Shown one piece after another: positions 36,880 to 50,100 of a stretch of 64,000 nt of DNA (its first letter is position 1; each line of letters starts with the position of its first letter). A model generated the notes under the pieces. It was given only the letters and a program-made list of their open reading frames with translations. It searched no databases and was not told the DNA's origin. The DNA lies in contig NW_024704743.1 in NCBI RefSeq assembly GCF_018977255.1, positions 73,968,001-74,032,000 of the forward strand. Reading direction: 5' to 3'. The DNA comes from Callorhinchus milii (taxonomy: Eukaryota). A program made the translations under genes and the position numbers.

Positions 36880-38665
36880 AATGGTTATGGCCCTGGAAAA
36901 GGATGAAGTGCTAGAACTTCATTTTTTTGGGTCCAAAAAACGAATCTACTTGGTTAGAGTTAAGGAGCAGAAAAAGAGCTGTTATTCTGTTTGGTTTATA
37001 CTATAGACCACCAAACAGTGGGAAGGAGATAGATGAGCAAATCTGCAAGCAGATTTCAGAAAGATGCAAGACCAATAGAGTAGTGATAATGGAGGACTTC
37101 AATTATCCTGACATAGACTGGCAAAATAACAGTGTAAAGGGTAAGGAGGGGGAAGGATTCCTGAAATGTGTGCAAGGTAACTTTCTGGATAAGTATGTTT
37201 CCAGCCAAACGAGAAAGGAGGCATTGCTGGATCTAGTTCTGGGGAATGAAGTGGGGCAAGCGGAGCAGATTTCAGTAGGAGAGCATCTGGACAACAGTGA
37301 TCACAACATCATTAGGTCTAGAGTACTTATGGAAAGGGACAAGGAACAATTAAAGGTGAAGTTACTCAACTGAAAGACGGCTAATTTCAGTGAGTTAAAA
37401 AGGGACTTAGCCAAGGTGGACTGGAAAGAAAGATTGGCAGGTAAAACAACTAATAAGTAATGGGAATCTTCGAAGAGGAGATAGTTTGGGCACAGAACAC
37501 ATACATTCCCACAAGGGGAAAAGGTAGGGCATCCAAACCTCCCTCGATGAATAAGGAAATTGGGATTAAAATAAAACAGAAAAAAGAGGTTTATGATAAA
37601 TGTCAGGTTCCAAATACAGAAGATAATCAAATAGAATATACAAAGTACAGAGGAGAACTGAAAAAGGAAATAAGAGGGGCAAAGAGATTGTATGAGAAAA
37701 GATTAGTGCGTAACATAAAAGAGAACACTAAGGTATTTTGTAAGGATATAAAGAATGAACGGTTAGTCAAAGGGAAGGTGGGTCCAATTAGGGACCAAAA
37801 AGGAAATCTTCTTTTGGAGGCAGAGGGCATGGTTGACATACTGAATGAGCACTTTGCATCTGTCTTCACAAAAGAAGAGGATACAGCCAATGCCACAGTA
37901 TCGGAGGAGAGTGAAGAGAAATTGGATAAGATGAGAGTAAACTGAAAGGTGGTACTAAAAAGGTTGTCAATGCTCAAGGTAGATAAATCACCCGGTCGAG
38001 TTGGGATGCATTCTAGGTTACTGAGGGAAGTAAGGGTGGACATAGCAGAGGCTCTAGCCTCAATTTTTCAATCCTCTTTGTGCCAGAGGACTGGAGGGTT
38101 GCAAATGTTACTCCCCTGTACAAAAAGGGGCAGAAGGATAAACCCAGGAACCACAGGCCAGTCAGCCTCACATCAGTAGTGGGGAAACGTCTACAGACTA
38201 TAATCCGTGACAAAATAGAAAAATATTGGTTACTTAGAAAAATATGGGTTAATGAAGGACAGCCAATACGGATTTGTTAAAGGCAAATCATGTCTAACAA
38301 CCCTGATAGAGTTTTTTGTTGAAGTAATGGTAATGGAGAGGGTGGATGAAGGTAGTGCAGTTGATGTAGTTGATATGGATTTTCAAAAGGCGTTTGATAA
38401 AGTGCCCATAAGAGACTTGTAAGCAAAATAGAAGCTCACGGTATTAAAGGGACAGTGGCAGCATGGATACAGAACTGGCTGGGAGACAGAAAGCAGAGTG
38501 GTGGTGAACGGTTGTTTTTCTGATTGATGGGAAGTGTGCAGTGTTGTCCCCGGGGTTGGTATTAGGACCACTGTTGTTTTTGATCTATGTAAATGACCTG
38601 GACTTGGATATAGGGAGTACAATTTCCAAGTTTGCAGATAATACTAAGCTAGGAAAAGTAGTAAA
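36880..38665 (+). mobile_element. CR1 LINE ORF2 (APE endonuclease to RT), degenerate, 3' end missing
   Basis: GLYYRPPNS...VIMEDFNYPDIDW...LLDLVL...SDHNII; PEDWRVANVTPLYKKG...RPVSLTSVVGK; GFVKGKSCLT; DFQKAFDKVP; KFADNTKLG. Confidence 0.93.
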
Positions 38666-39172
38666 CCGGATAGTAGCAAGCAGGGAGTTTTCGTAGTCAA
38701 GCCTGGATGTTATGAATGCATGTGTGAGGGTCTCCACCGGCCTGTAGTGTGAGACAGTTGCGGAGTTGTGATGTTGCGGAGGTGGGGAAAGGCAGAGCGG
38801 GTCATGGCATGGATGTGGGTATAAAGGACAGTTGAGAGTTGAACAGGATGCCAAGGCTCCGTATTGGCTCCGTGAGATGTCATGTACATGCATGGAGGGA
38901 GCTGCTATCAGCACCCAAGGTATGGTGGCACTGACGGGAGCCAAGCTGGAAGGCTTCAGTCCTGTTGACATTCAGCTGCAGGAAGTTAGCTCTCATCCAG
39001 GATTTGATGTCTGACAGATATTCTGTCAGGAAAGCAGTGGTCCAGGAGTCAAGGGTGGAGGCAGAGAGGTAGAGTTGGGGTCATCTGCAGACATGTGGAA
39101 ATTGATCCCATGTCTGCAGATGATGTCACCAAGGGAGAGCATGTGGATATTGAAGAGGAGAGGATCAAGGAC
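38666..39172 (-). mobile_element. L2 RT fragment, 3' end missing
   Basis: Minus strand: MLSLGDIICRHGINFHMSADDP and [17 protein letters not shown]. Confidence 0.88.
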
Positions 39173-40079
39173 TACCCTAAGTGTCCTACATAACCATGAC
39201 TACACTTCAAAGTAACTAATTATATAAAGGTCTTGCATGTTTTGACATGATTAGTCTATTATGTCCAGGTATCATATTAATAATAATCTTTGCATTTGAT
39301 GTAGCACCTTTCATGTTGGGAGGATATCTCAAAGCACTGTAAAGTGGACTGACTAGATTTTGCAGGCAAATGCAGCAATCAATTTTCAAACAGGAATATC
39401 CCACAAGCAGTCATGCATAAATGACCATTTGTGGGTGAATTAGTGTATTAGTGTATTTTATCCCAGATTTGAAGACTGAAATAAGTGACTATTTGGGGTT
39501 GGATTATAATCGGGTTGGCGGATGATTTAACATTGTGGACATCTGCAATGAATAATATTCAATTTTCTACAGCAGAAAATTAGCATGAAAAGGAAAATGG
39601 AAAAAAGATCTCTGGAGAACAGTGAATGTCTCCCAAGTTTTTTTTTCCCTAGGCTTTCATGGTTGAACTTCTGGCTTCCCATGAACGTAACTCTATTTTA
39701 AAGCAAGATGACCCCATTATGGTTCAGCATTCATTCTTCAGATACACGAAGGTTATGACTTGAATCCCTCGGCAACTAGAATATCCCGTGGGAATTTCTT
39801 TATGCTGAAGTGAGTGATGTGGCTCAGAAGATAATTTGGAGGTCAGTGAATCAACGTAATGTGTCAATAGGTGAAGAATACAACTTTATGTTTATTATTA
39901 GAAAACATTTGGGGTTTTAGAAATGCATCTAAAGTGAATTGCATAGAGATTTTGAGCATGCTGTGCCTTTTTAATATGAAGTTACAGCTTGGGATGTGAG
40001 GAAAGACAATAAGTAATATTTACGGACATAGATCAGGAATGTACACTAAGTACTCGTTCTATTTTCCACAGACTTGCAT

Positions 40080-40815
40080 CTGTCCTTAAAACTCTCTTAC
40101 GCCTTGCGCAACTTAAGCGTTCGGTTCGATCCCCCGTAATCCTTCCTCTCTCACACCCGGTCCCTGGCCAGGACCGCTTTCCTCCACCTCCACCACATTG
40201 CCCGTCTCCGAAAAAAAAAAAACTCACTCCACAAGCTGCTGAAACCCTTGTCCATGCCTTTGTCACCTTTCGGCTGGACTACTCTAACGCCCTCCTCACC
40301 AGTCTCCCCTCCTCCACTATTTAGAAAATTCAACTCATCCAAAACTCCGCCACCTGGATTCTCACCTGCACTGAACTCCACACCCTAATTGCCCCAGTCC
40401 TTGCCAAACTCCACTGGCTCCCTGTCACAGAGAGGATCGACTTCAAGATTCTCACTCTTGTGTTTAAATTCCTCCACGTCTTGACAGTCTCCAATCTCTC
40501 CAACCACCTCTCTCCTCACAACACTATCCACTGCCTCCGCTCTACTGGCTCCGGCTTCCTCCTTGTCCCTCGAATCCTCTACTCCATCATCAGCGGCTGT
40601 GCCTTCAGCCATGATGCCCCGAAGCTATGGAACTCCCTCCCTCAATCCCTTCGCCTTGCCCCATTATCAGGTTGTGCCTGAAGATCTTCCTCTTCGACCG
40701 TGCCTATGGGCACTATCTCCCTCCCCCTGGCTCGGTATCGGGCTCCACCATTGTCAAGCGCTCAGGGATGCCGCCCAGCATGGAGGGCGCTATATAAACG
40801 CAAGTTGTTGTTGTT
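40080..40815 (+). mobile_element. L2 3' portion
   Basis: AETLVHAFVTFRLDYSNALL, KIQLIQNSA; ends ggcgctatataaacgcaag(ttg)n. Confidence 0.88.
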
Positions 40816-41333
40816 GCATTCGATGTTGTACTGTAATGTTTTTAAATGGGTTGAAACCCTTGCTGATTGGTACTTTTGGGGGGTAATTTCTCCCCTCTCT
40901 TGAAGATATTGAATCTTTCAGGAGCATGAATCCACTGGGGACGGGGGTGGTAAGACAACTCCACTGGGTGTGGGGAGGGTGGCATCACTCTGAGTGTCAG
41001 TTATGGGGCTTACTCTTTGCCTACTCTAAATGGCCATTGTAGAAATGTGAGCATCCATTAGAGCTTAGAGGACTTCTTTTCTCTCCATCATCTGCACTTT
41101 CCAGCAGGAGTCACTGACTGGTTTGTTCCTTCCTTAATCTAGGAGCTATATGGCCAATTGTACTGTCTCAACTGCTGCTCTGCCTGAGATCAGATAACTC
41201 AGGATAGAGTGGGATTCAAGGGTGGGATGCAATTATCTGCAAGGCTTGTAGGACAGACTCTTTACCTTCTGGTCTGAATGGCTCGCAGGACAGTACCCAC
41301 ACTCAACCCAGTTGAGCAGTATAGAGATAAATA

Positions 41334-41511
41334 CAGTGTAAGCCCATTCTAAGGCTGTTTGTTATTGGCATGGGTTTGTTTATAGCGCGATTGTGAAGTT
41401 GGCCAGTCAGCACGGGAAATGGAACTGTATCACTCTTTGGAATACTGACATTCCACGATACACTATAAAGGGTCTATAAAAAGAACCCTGCGTTATATCG
41501 GGGTCTGACTG
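41334..41511. mobile_element. Tc1/mariner (Tigger-like) MITE
   Basis: TA|CAGTgtaagccc... and ...cgttatatcggggtctgACTG|TA: CAGT termini with TA flanks; TIRs diverged. Confidence 0.5.
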
Positions 41512-44500
41512 TATGTAAAAGAATTGAGAAAATATTTTGTTAATGACCACTGAGGATTGGGGATGAGAGCACATTTCTGTTAATAGGCATCACAAACCCC
41601 ATTTTTAGTAGAAGTATTTGTTTAAAAAAAGGTTGCACTTAATCCAAAAGAACGTTTCTGCATACAAGGAGTGTACCACTACAGACTCTTCGACCATATA
41701 TTAATCACCATTTATATTAAGAATCCGCTGTGTGTTTTTGTCCCGGTAATTCAATCCTGTCTGTTGAGGATGGATTGACTTGGTGACTGCATTGTTTAGA
41801 CAGATGGCTAGAATCTTAGCCACAGTTTGAAACTGCAATCAGAAGGGACCTAAAGAAAGAGGCATCATGCAAGGATGCTTAAGGCAAGTATCTTGCCAGA
41901 TATCCATGGTATCACCGATGAGTGTTATATGCTGTTTAGCAATAGGGAAAGATCCCAACTCTAGGAAAGGTTTACCAACACAATATAAAGTCACTACACT
42001 TTACAATAAATCCTGTGAAGCGCTATGGAACATCCCTCTGACACAAAAGACTCTATCTAATGCTTTATCAAATTATTATAAAAGCTTTTAGAGGGAATCT
42101 TTTGAGGGAGTCTTTGTCTACCTGTCTGTAGGTTCTTCATGGAGATGGTGGTGGGGGGAGAGATTCAGCTGTTTGAATTTCTTCTTTGATATTCTGAGAC
42201 AATTTAGAAGCCTGTCATGCTCTCTCCTCAGATGCACCATGAGGACTGCCACAGCTATTATGCAGGTTCCTTTCGCCTCCTCCATCCAGCTTGGGTACCC
42301 AGCCCACTGTGTAAAGCACGTTTAAAATGTCCTCTTGATGATTTAAATGTAAATTGTATTGTATGCTGCTTACTTAGTGAGCATGCCAGACGCCTGACTT
42401 GTTTCCAATGGTGAATTCAATTGACAGCTCTGTATGCCTGTAGACAGAGTCCCTGTTTCCATAGTTCTGTAACAAATTTCAAGCTTTGCTGAGTAGCACT
42501 TTCACCTCAGGGTTCATGCCCCACATCAAGGATGACACTTCAATGCAGTACTGGGGAGTGCTGCTCTTTGAATTAGTCATTAAACCAATGTTCTGCCTAC
42601 CTCTCCTCAGGTGGATATTTATATTGTTTGTAAAGGGTTTCTCCTGGTCGCCTGACCAAATATCATCTGGATTAATTTCTTGTTCACATTATGATAAATA
42701 TCTGCCAAGTTAACCTACATAAAAACTTTGACAATAATTGCTGTAAAATGCTTTGAAATGTTTTAGCATGTAAGTAGCTATAACATTGCAAGTTCTCTCT
42801 TTTTAGCCTTTGTATGGATACTTGACTATAATTTTGTCCCTTAATCTGAAAAGTTTGGGGACACTAAACCACATACAATGAAACTCGTCACCCCAAGGAA
42901 AGTGGCTCAAGTGACTACTTCCAGAGTTGACTAGTTATCCAAAGTGCAGTATCTTGAAAGTACAAAGTACTCGAATAGCCAGGATATTGAGTGAATAACT
43001 AGTTATGTGGGGTTGATGACTTATCCCAAGGTGATCAGTGTGAGTGATCAGAGTTTCACTGTAGTCCATACTGTCTCTCTAAACAAACTGCTATGACAGT
43101 TTGCCAGAACAGAAATCATGAACTCTTTACAAATACATACTGAGTAACCATGTCACAGAGTCAAACGCGGAACCATTGGTTCAGATCAAGGTTGAGTGTC
43201 AAAGGAGCCATGGACTATTATCATAATCAATCCCACCCTGCAAAGAATGGGCTAGAATTGAAATAATTCACATCTGTAGCTGCCCAGCCATAAGCCGAAT
43301 TGGGCTTTGGCTAGTCAATAGATCCTACACACAAGATTATAGTGATGGTCACACCTTTTTAAAATGCAGTAAACAGTTAGTAGCTGCATTCATTACAGCA
43401 GTAGAGGAGCAAATGTTATGAACTGGTCTGTTTAATTTAAAAAATAGTCATTTACTTCATGCTTCTTAGTGGGATATTTCTGTGCGCAAATTAGCTACCA
43501 CGTTTGCCTACAAAATACACTTTCATTGCAATGTACAGTTAAATCCTGTGAAGCGCTTTGAAATGTCCCCCCGACTTGAAATACTCCATTCAAATGGAAG
43601 GATTATACATTATTAATATAGATACATATGTAATATATATATATTTAAAAAATGTGTGACCACCATCACTATAACTTCTTTCTTGCCCATAACTGGGAGC
43701 CCTCTATCCAAATGCTTCACCTGCAAACAAATGTGCCATCCAGAGGTTCTTTCTTCAGTAAAAACAACAGAAAAATCTTTAGTTTAGTAACTTAGCTTGA
43801 ACATTGATGCCACCATTTGAACCTGAGGAAATTGAATGATTCTAAAGATTTGTTATTAAATTTTATAAAGTCCATTTTTTCCAAATTGTATATTTTTTAA
43901 TGCTTTGCACACTTTGATAAATGCAGTGTCCGTTTTAAAATTGAAATCCATGTCTGTCCATGAGACCATTAATAGGGAGGAAGAAGGGAGCCGTACAGTG
44001 TTTAATATCCTTGCTATTTAATGATTTCTGCTGACTGCTGACATTAATTCTGGAAGGTTTTTTTAATTAAAAAAAATCTTCCTATCAACTTGACAGAGTT
44101 TTCTCCTAACTCTGAAAATGCCAATCATTTTAGTTGACAGTTGAATTGCTTAGTAGCAGCTTTATGTTGCTTTCTCTACAACGACTGAGTGCCTGTGGAA
44201 ATGGTCTGGCCACAGTGTTCCTCCTTTCTATCTGGAGGCTGGTTTGCACTGTGGAAACGCTGCTGACAGGTTTCATGTGGATTAAAAAAATACAATATTC
44301 AGTAACTGGTGGCCAGCTGGCAAATAGCCGACACTTGCACAGTTGTACCAGTGGAATCCAATCCTTGGCAGTCTGCTTCAGTTGTAAATTGAACCAAGTG
44401 TATTGCAAAATGGTTTCTAGTTGACATCATGTACATTTTGTTTTTCTTTCCTGCTCTGTGCATCCAGTTTTTGAAAAGAATATCCTGCACATTTAATACT

Positions 44501-45789
44501 TAGCAGTAGCAAATTTCCAGCAAACTATTTAGTGCTGCAACAGTAGAGTATAAAAATGTGGTCTGAAATTCAAGCGAGAGCACAAAGGTGCGAAATTGTC
44601 ATGTGAAACGTGAGTGAAGTTCAGCCAATAGTTTAGTGGATAATTCTACACATTGTGTCAAGGTCAGCGTTCAAAGGTCAGTGTGTTCTTTTTGACTGAC
44701 TGCAGTCAGATTGTAAGAAGAAGTAATGATACAGTTCGAATAACTAATCTGTTTTATGCTATGTCACCTACCCCCATCTCAACCCATTCTGAGCACTAGC
44801 AATGTCTCTCAACCTCCATCATTTAAAAATGGGATTTTCCTGATGTGGAATTATACCTTTAACCCCAGTTTATAGTGCCTGAGCCGGCTCTCTGTAGCTG
44901 CTTAAGTCTCACTACTGCTGCCTTTTCCCCACTTTTACACTTTTCCTTTTCACATCTTTATCTAATTCCCTTTTAAAAGTTGGTATGGCTCCTGCTTTAC
45001 GTTCTGTTTTTATATCTAACGTAATTTATCCCTACATTTTAGTCTTGAGTGCAGCCAGATTGCAAAAAGAAGTAATGATGCAGTTTGAATAACTCAGCGG
45101 TTTTGTGCTATGCCACACTATCCCCATCCCCCACAGTGGGCAAACCTTAGACTATCATGACCGACTTGAAAAATGCTATATAAATGTAAATTTGTATTGT
45201 ACATTTGATATAGTGTTTTTCAGATGTCTCAAAGGGCTTTGCAGGATACACTGTAAAGTGTTGTGATTGTATATTCTAGATGAATTTTGTAATTATTCTG
45301 CAGTCACTGTTTGCTAAATGTTTCCTTACTCTTGCCTCATTTCATTTCCTGGAACTAGGTCACAAACTCCCTCCTTCCTTGTTGGACTAGAAACCTGCTG
45401 AAAGCAGTCTTGGACTCATTGTAGAAAACCCTCCCTTTTTGGCCACTTGGTGTGTCTGCTTTCTTGCTCAATGTATATTTTTTTCTGTAAAAAAATTGTT
45501 TTTTTGGCAATGAAAGATTTCCACACAAACAAGGAATAGTGTCTGTTTAAGCTATTACTCATTTTTTTTGTCTCTAAATTTATGACATTACAACAGTGAA
45601 CAAATGTGCTCAATCAAGCTCCTCTCTTTCTCGTTCTCTTGCTCTCTTCTCCCCTTACCCCCTGCTTGAAAATGGAATTGGGACAAATCTGAGATAAACC
45701 ATTTGCTTCTCATCACATTTAAACCTGAAACTGAGATTTTATTAAAGGCGAAATCAAACATTCAGTACCTGACCTAAATAGTGCTTGTC

Positions 45790-46130
45790 CTGTGGAATTC
45801 TGTAGTATATTGGTTAGAGCACTCATCTCGCAAGTGAGGGGACCTGGCTTTGATTCCCAGACAGGGTGAAACCTTAAGCAAATTTCTTTACTTCACAGGT
45901 CTCTGTTTACCTAGCAGTAAGTAGGAATACGTTTGTTAATTGATTGATGGATTGCTTTTCCAGGGTTAGTAATCCCTTTTTTAAAAAAATGTTCACAATT
46001 GGCTACAGCGTTTCGTCCTCAAAATCTACAGTCAATTCACTTTACAGTATATTCTGTGAAGCGCTTTGAGACGTCTCAATGACGTAATAAGGCACTATAT
46101 CAAATGCAGAGATTATTATTATGTTATTAT
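45790..46130 (+). mobile_element. tRNA-derived SINE, older long subfamily
   Basis: Same structure as 2875-3230, including the ctctgtttacctagcagtaagtaggaa segment. Confidence 0.8.
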
Positions 46131-46604
46131 TTTGTATCTAGAGTGGTGCTACAATCCTCAACAGATATTTGCCTATTTGAAGAATGATCATCAATAGAAA
46201 AGCTCCACTGCAGAGCCTGATGTTTATGAGGAATGTTCTTACCCTCTGCTGAAGTGTCATCAGATTAAATGTGAGGGAAGAAACATTCTCTCAATCCTCA
46301 CTAGCTTTTGCTGTGTTACTCCAAAATGTATTTTTCTAAAGTAGAACAATAGGCCTGTCCCAAGTGGACGTTAAAGATCCCGTAGCACTATTTGAAAAGA
46401 GAAGGGAGTTTCTCCTGCTGTCCTGGCCAATTCCCTAATAAAATTGGTTATTCACTTTGTGGCTGTTGTGGACATTTTGGTATGCAATATGGCTGCCGCA
46501 TTCACCCATAAAACATTGTCACTGCATTTTACATTATATTCTTTGAAGTGCTTTGAGATGTTCCTCCTGATGTGAAAGTCACTAAACCAAATGAGGACTA
46601 TTAT

Positions 46605-47130
46605 TGGCATTCACGCTTTTCCCACCTTGATTATTCCAATACTCTCCATGCCAGGCTCCCCAGCTCCACTATCCGGAAAAATCCAACTAATTCAAAACTC
46701 CGCTGCCCATTTACTCACCCGCTCAAAATTTCCTACCTTACACCTGTCCTCCACTCTACTGGCACCCTATCACGGAACAGATCAACTTCCAGATCCTCGC
46801 ACTCATTTACAAATCCCTTCATGCTCTTGCACCTCCCTACCTCTCTGACTACACCCACCCCCTCCACTCGGCTGGCTCTGTGCTCTTCCCCTCCACTCTA
46901 CTCCGTCGTCGACAGTGATGCTTTCAGCCACTACGCCCTGAAACTAGAAATTTCTCCCTCAATCCCTCTACCTTTTCCCTTCCTTTTTCAGATCACGCCT
47001 GAAGACCTTCCTCATTGATTGTGTTTAAGGTCACCTCTTCCCTCCCCCTGGCTTGGCATCAGGCTCCGCCACTGTTAAGCGCTCCGAGGCGCTATCCTGG
47101 TTGAAGCATGCTATATAAAGTTGTTGTTGT
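46605..47130 (+). mobile_element. L2 3' fragment
   Basis: HLDYSNTL, KIQLIQNSAAHLLTR; (TTG)n end. Confidence 0.8.
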
Positions 47131-50100
47131 CAGTATACCTTTAATCCAATCTCCCATCATCCCTTCTAGACTATAGGAACAGGAGGCCATTCAACCCATC
47201 GAGCCAATTTATTGGATCACTGCTAAAACCATTTCTGTATCATTCTTAAAGCCTTTAACTTTCAAGTATGTTTTTCTTTTAAAAATAAAACTATCTCTTC
47301 CCCCTTACTCCCCTCCTCCAAAGTGGGTTTCTGAGTGAGATTGCTTTGGGCACAAATTGGAAAGTAATTTCTCTCAAACTCTTATACTCAGCAAAGGGAG
47401 GATATAATAATCCTTGCATTACGATACATCGCATTGTGGAAACATCTCAAAGTGCTTCACAAGGTTTTACTGTAAAGGGTAGTTACTGTGCTTTTGTAGG
47501 CAAACACAGCAGTATCCTATAGACAACCACAAAGTGAATGACCAATTTTTATCTGGAGGCCTGTTGGCTAGGACATCAGGAGAAACTCCCTTCTCTTTTC
47601 AAATAGTGCCGTAGGTTCCACCTGACTATTCTCCTTGGGGTGGGAGGAGAGAGGGGAGATGGTAAGTGGGTCTCCTTGGAGCTGAACTGGCTCCAAGGTG
47701 ACATGCCTGGCAATGGAATATCGGAATTGAGTCCATCGGCAGGACTTGGAAGGGCAGACCAGTCACTATGGGCAGGGAGTCATCTCACTCAGGGCTTTGG
47801 CTTGCAGGGCTAACAGGAGCTAACGGGTGGGTATTACTAGCTGGACAAGCAGGGGCAAAGCTTGCCAGACAGCAATATGAATGGCAAGCTATGCGGTTTT
47901 AGCTGGTTAGACCCCAGCACACTCTGGGGTCCCCAAGCCTTGGCTCTTGCCACCCTGCGCCTGATATTTGAATCCTCAACCTTCTGACTCAGGAGACCAG
48001 AAGGTTGACTCCTGTATCTAGCACTATATCAAATGTACAAAACAATACAAATGTAAATTACTAACCCACTGAAAAAAGGAAGACTTTGACTTCTTTCCCC
48101 TGTCATCTTTGCCAGTGGTAAAGGGGTGGAGGTGGGGGTGGGGGGCAATGTGGTTTGTCAAGATGCTCCTCTATTATATACTGACTCTCCTTTGAATAAG
48201 CTTCAAAACAAATCATTTTCGCTTTGTCCTTCCTGTGTTCTTGTATAATGACTCTTTTAAAAATGGTTATTAATACGGAAAGCACATCCTCAGCCAGCTG
48301 GTCAGGCTTATTGTGTGTCTGACAGTCCACCTGTTAGAAACAACGCCTGGGGAGCGAGGTCAGACTGCACGTGTTGGGAATGAGAAGCTTGCTGTCCTTG
48401 GTTGCGGATATTTAAAGGCAAAGGTGCTAGTGGTTTAGATTATTTCTTATCAATTTTGTCACGAATAACACAACATTCATGTATCTAATTCTTCTGATAA
48501 AGCGCTGAACTGTAGAAATGGATAATAATTCTGACTCCATGTATCTCTCCTTTGATTGCTGAGGGGGTACAGGCCCTGGCTAATGTGCACACATTCAGGT
48601 TGGCACCTGCGCTATGCTGAGTTAGATGATGTCAGCTCAGCTCGGCCAGCAGTTGAGGGCAGTATCCTCTGCAGGGTGGGAAGGCTGTAAGTGGGGTTTC
48701 CTTGGGGCTGAGCTACCTCCAATGACACTGCTGTGCACAATTGGCTGCTGCATTTCGCCCACAAAATATACAGTCCATTCACTTTATAGTATATTTTGTG
48801 AAGTGCTTTGAGACGTCTCAATAATATGATAAGGTGCTATATAAAATACAAGGATTATTATTATAATGTAACATGCTTGGCAAAGGAATATCAGGAATCA
48901 AATCCGCCTTCTTTGCCTTCTCGGTTTTTGAACCAGGTGGCTTCGCATTATTCCAAGGCACTGCTCATGAAACGCCAGCCTGGCTTGTCAGCAGGACATG
49001 AAGGGGCAGACCAGTCACTGGAGCAGGGAATTTTCCCACTTGGCTTCTGTTAACCGTGTATACCAAACTCCTAACTAGTACAGACAATGGGAAGCTTGCC
49101 AGGCAGCGCTCTCAATGTCAATCTGTTTGCCTGCAAAATACAGTCACTACAATTTACAGTAAATCTTATAATGCGCTTTGAGACATCCTCCCAAAATGAC
49201 AGACACTATATTAAATGCAGTATTATTAGAATTATTATCCCAATCCTTGGCTTTGCCAATCTGTGCAAAATACTGTCCAGAATTAGAATAAGTAGGGTAT
49301 GTCTCTCTGAGGAGAGAGTTCACATTCCATTCCAGAGGAAGGGAAATTTCCGTGTATGAGTGGCATACATATATAGAATTCTGTCTGGTTTGGACACTCA
49401 GAAACATTGCCATAGGTTGCCACTTGTTATAGCCCTGGCTGACTAATTAAAAAAGAAGCTACATTTGGCCTCTGCCTTCTGGGTTATGAAGGGATGAGAG
49501 GGCAGGTGGTTAAACTTCCCAGTTTTTTTTTACCTTTTTTCCTATAAATGAGCCATAGGAAGAAAATGTGTCAGTTTGACTCAGTTGGTAGCACTTTCGC
49601 CTCTGAGTTAAACCCCATGTTTGGACTTAGAACTCATAGCAAACCAACACTCCAATCCATTCCTGTGGGTAGGATGGTGAATTGTTGGAAGTGCCGTCCT
49701 TTGGTTGAGATATTAAATCAAGGCTCCGACTGCCTGTTCACGTGGATGTTAAAGTTCCCATGGTACTGTTTGAAAAGGGAAGGGAGTTTACTACCAAATG
49801 TGAGGATTATTATTAAATGAGACTGGCCTAACCTTTCTCTCGATTTCCCCCCACCCCCCACCCGCAACTTCAATCGACTTTCTCGATTAATGGGTTCGTG
49901 TTTAGTCTCAGTTAAGTACTTTCTCAGGGTGTCACAGGTAACATTGGTCATTTTTAGCAGAATTTTAAGCAGAACCCCTGTTCTGGGGAGATATGACACC
50001 AAAAATATGGGTAACTATCTCTGAAGTAGCCTTTAATTCAAACACAGTAACCTTTGAAATTTGATATAGTACCTATAACGTTAACATCTATGCGCAATTG

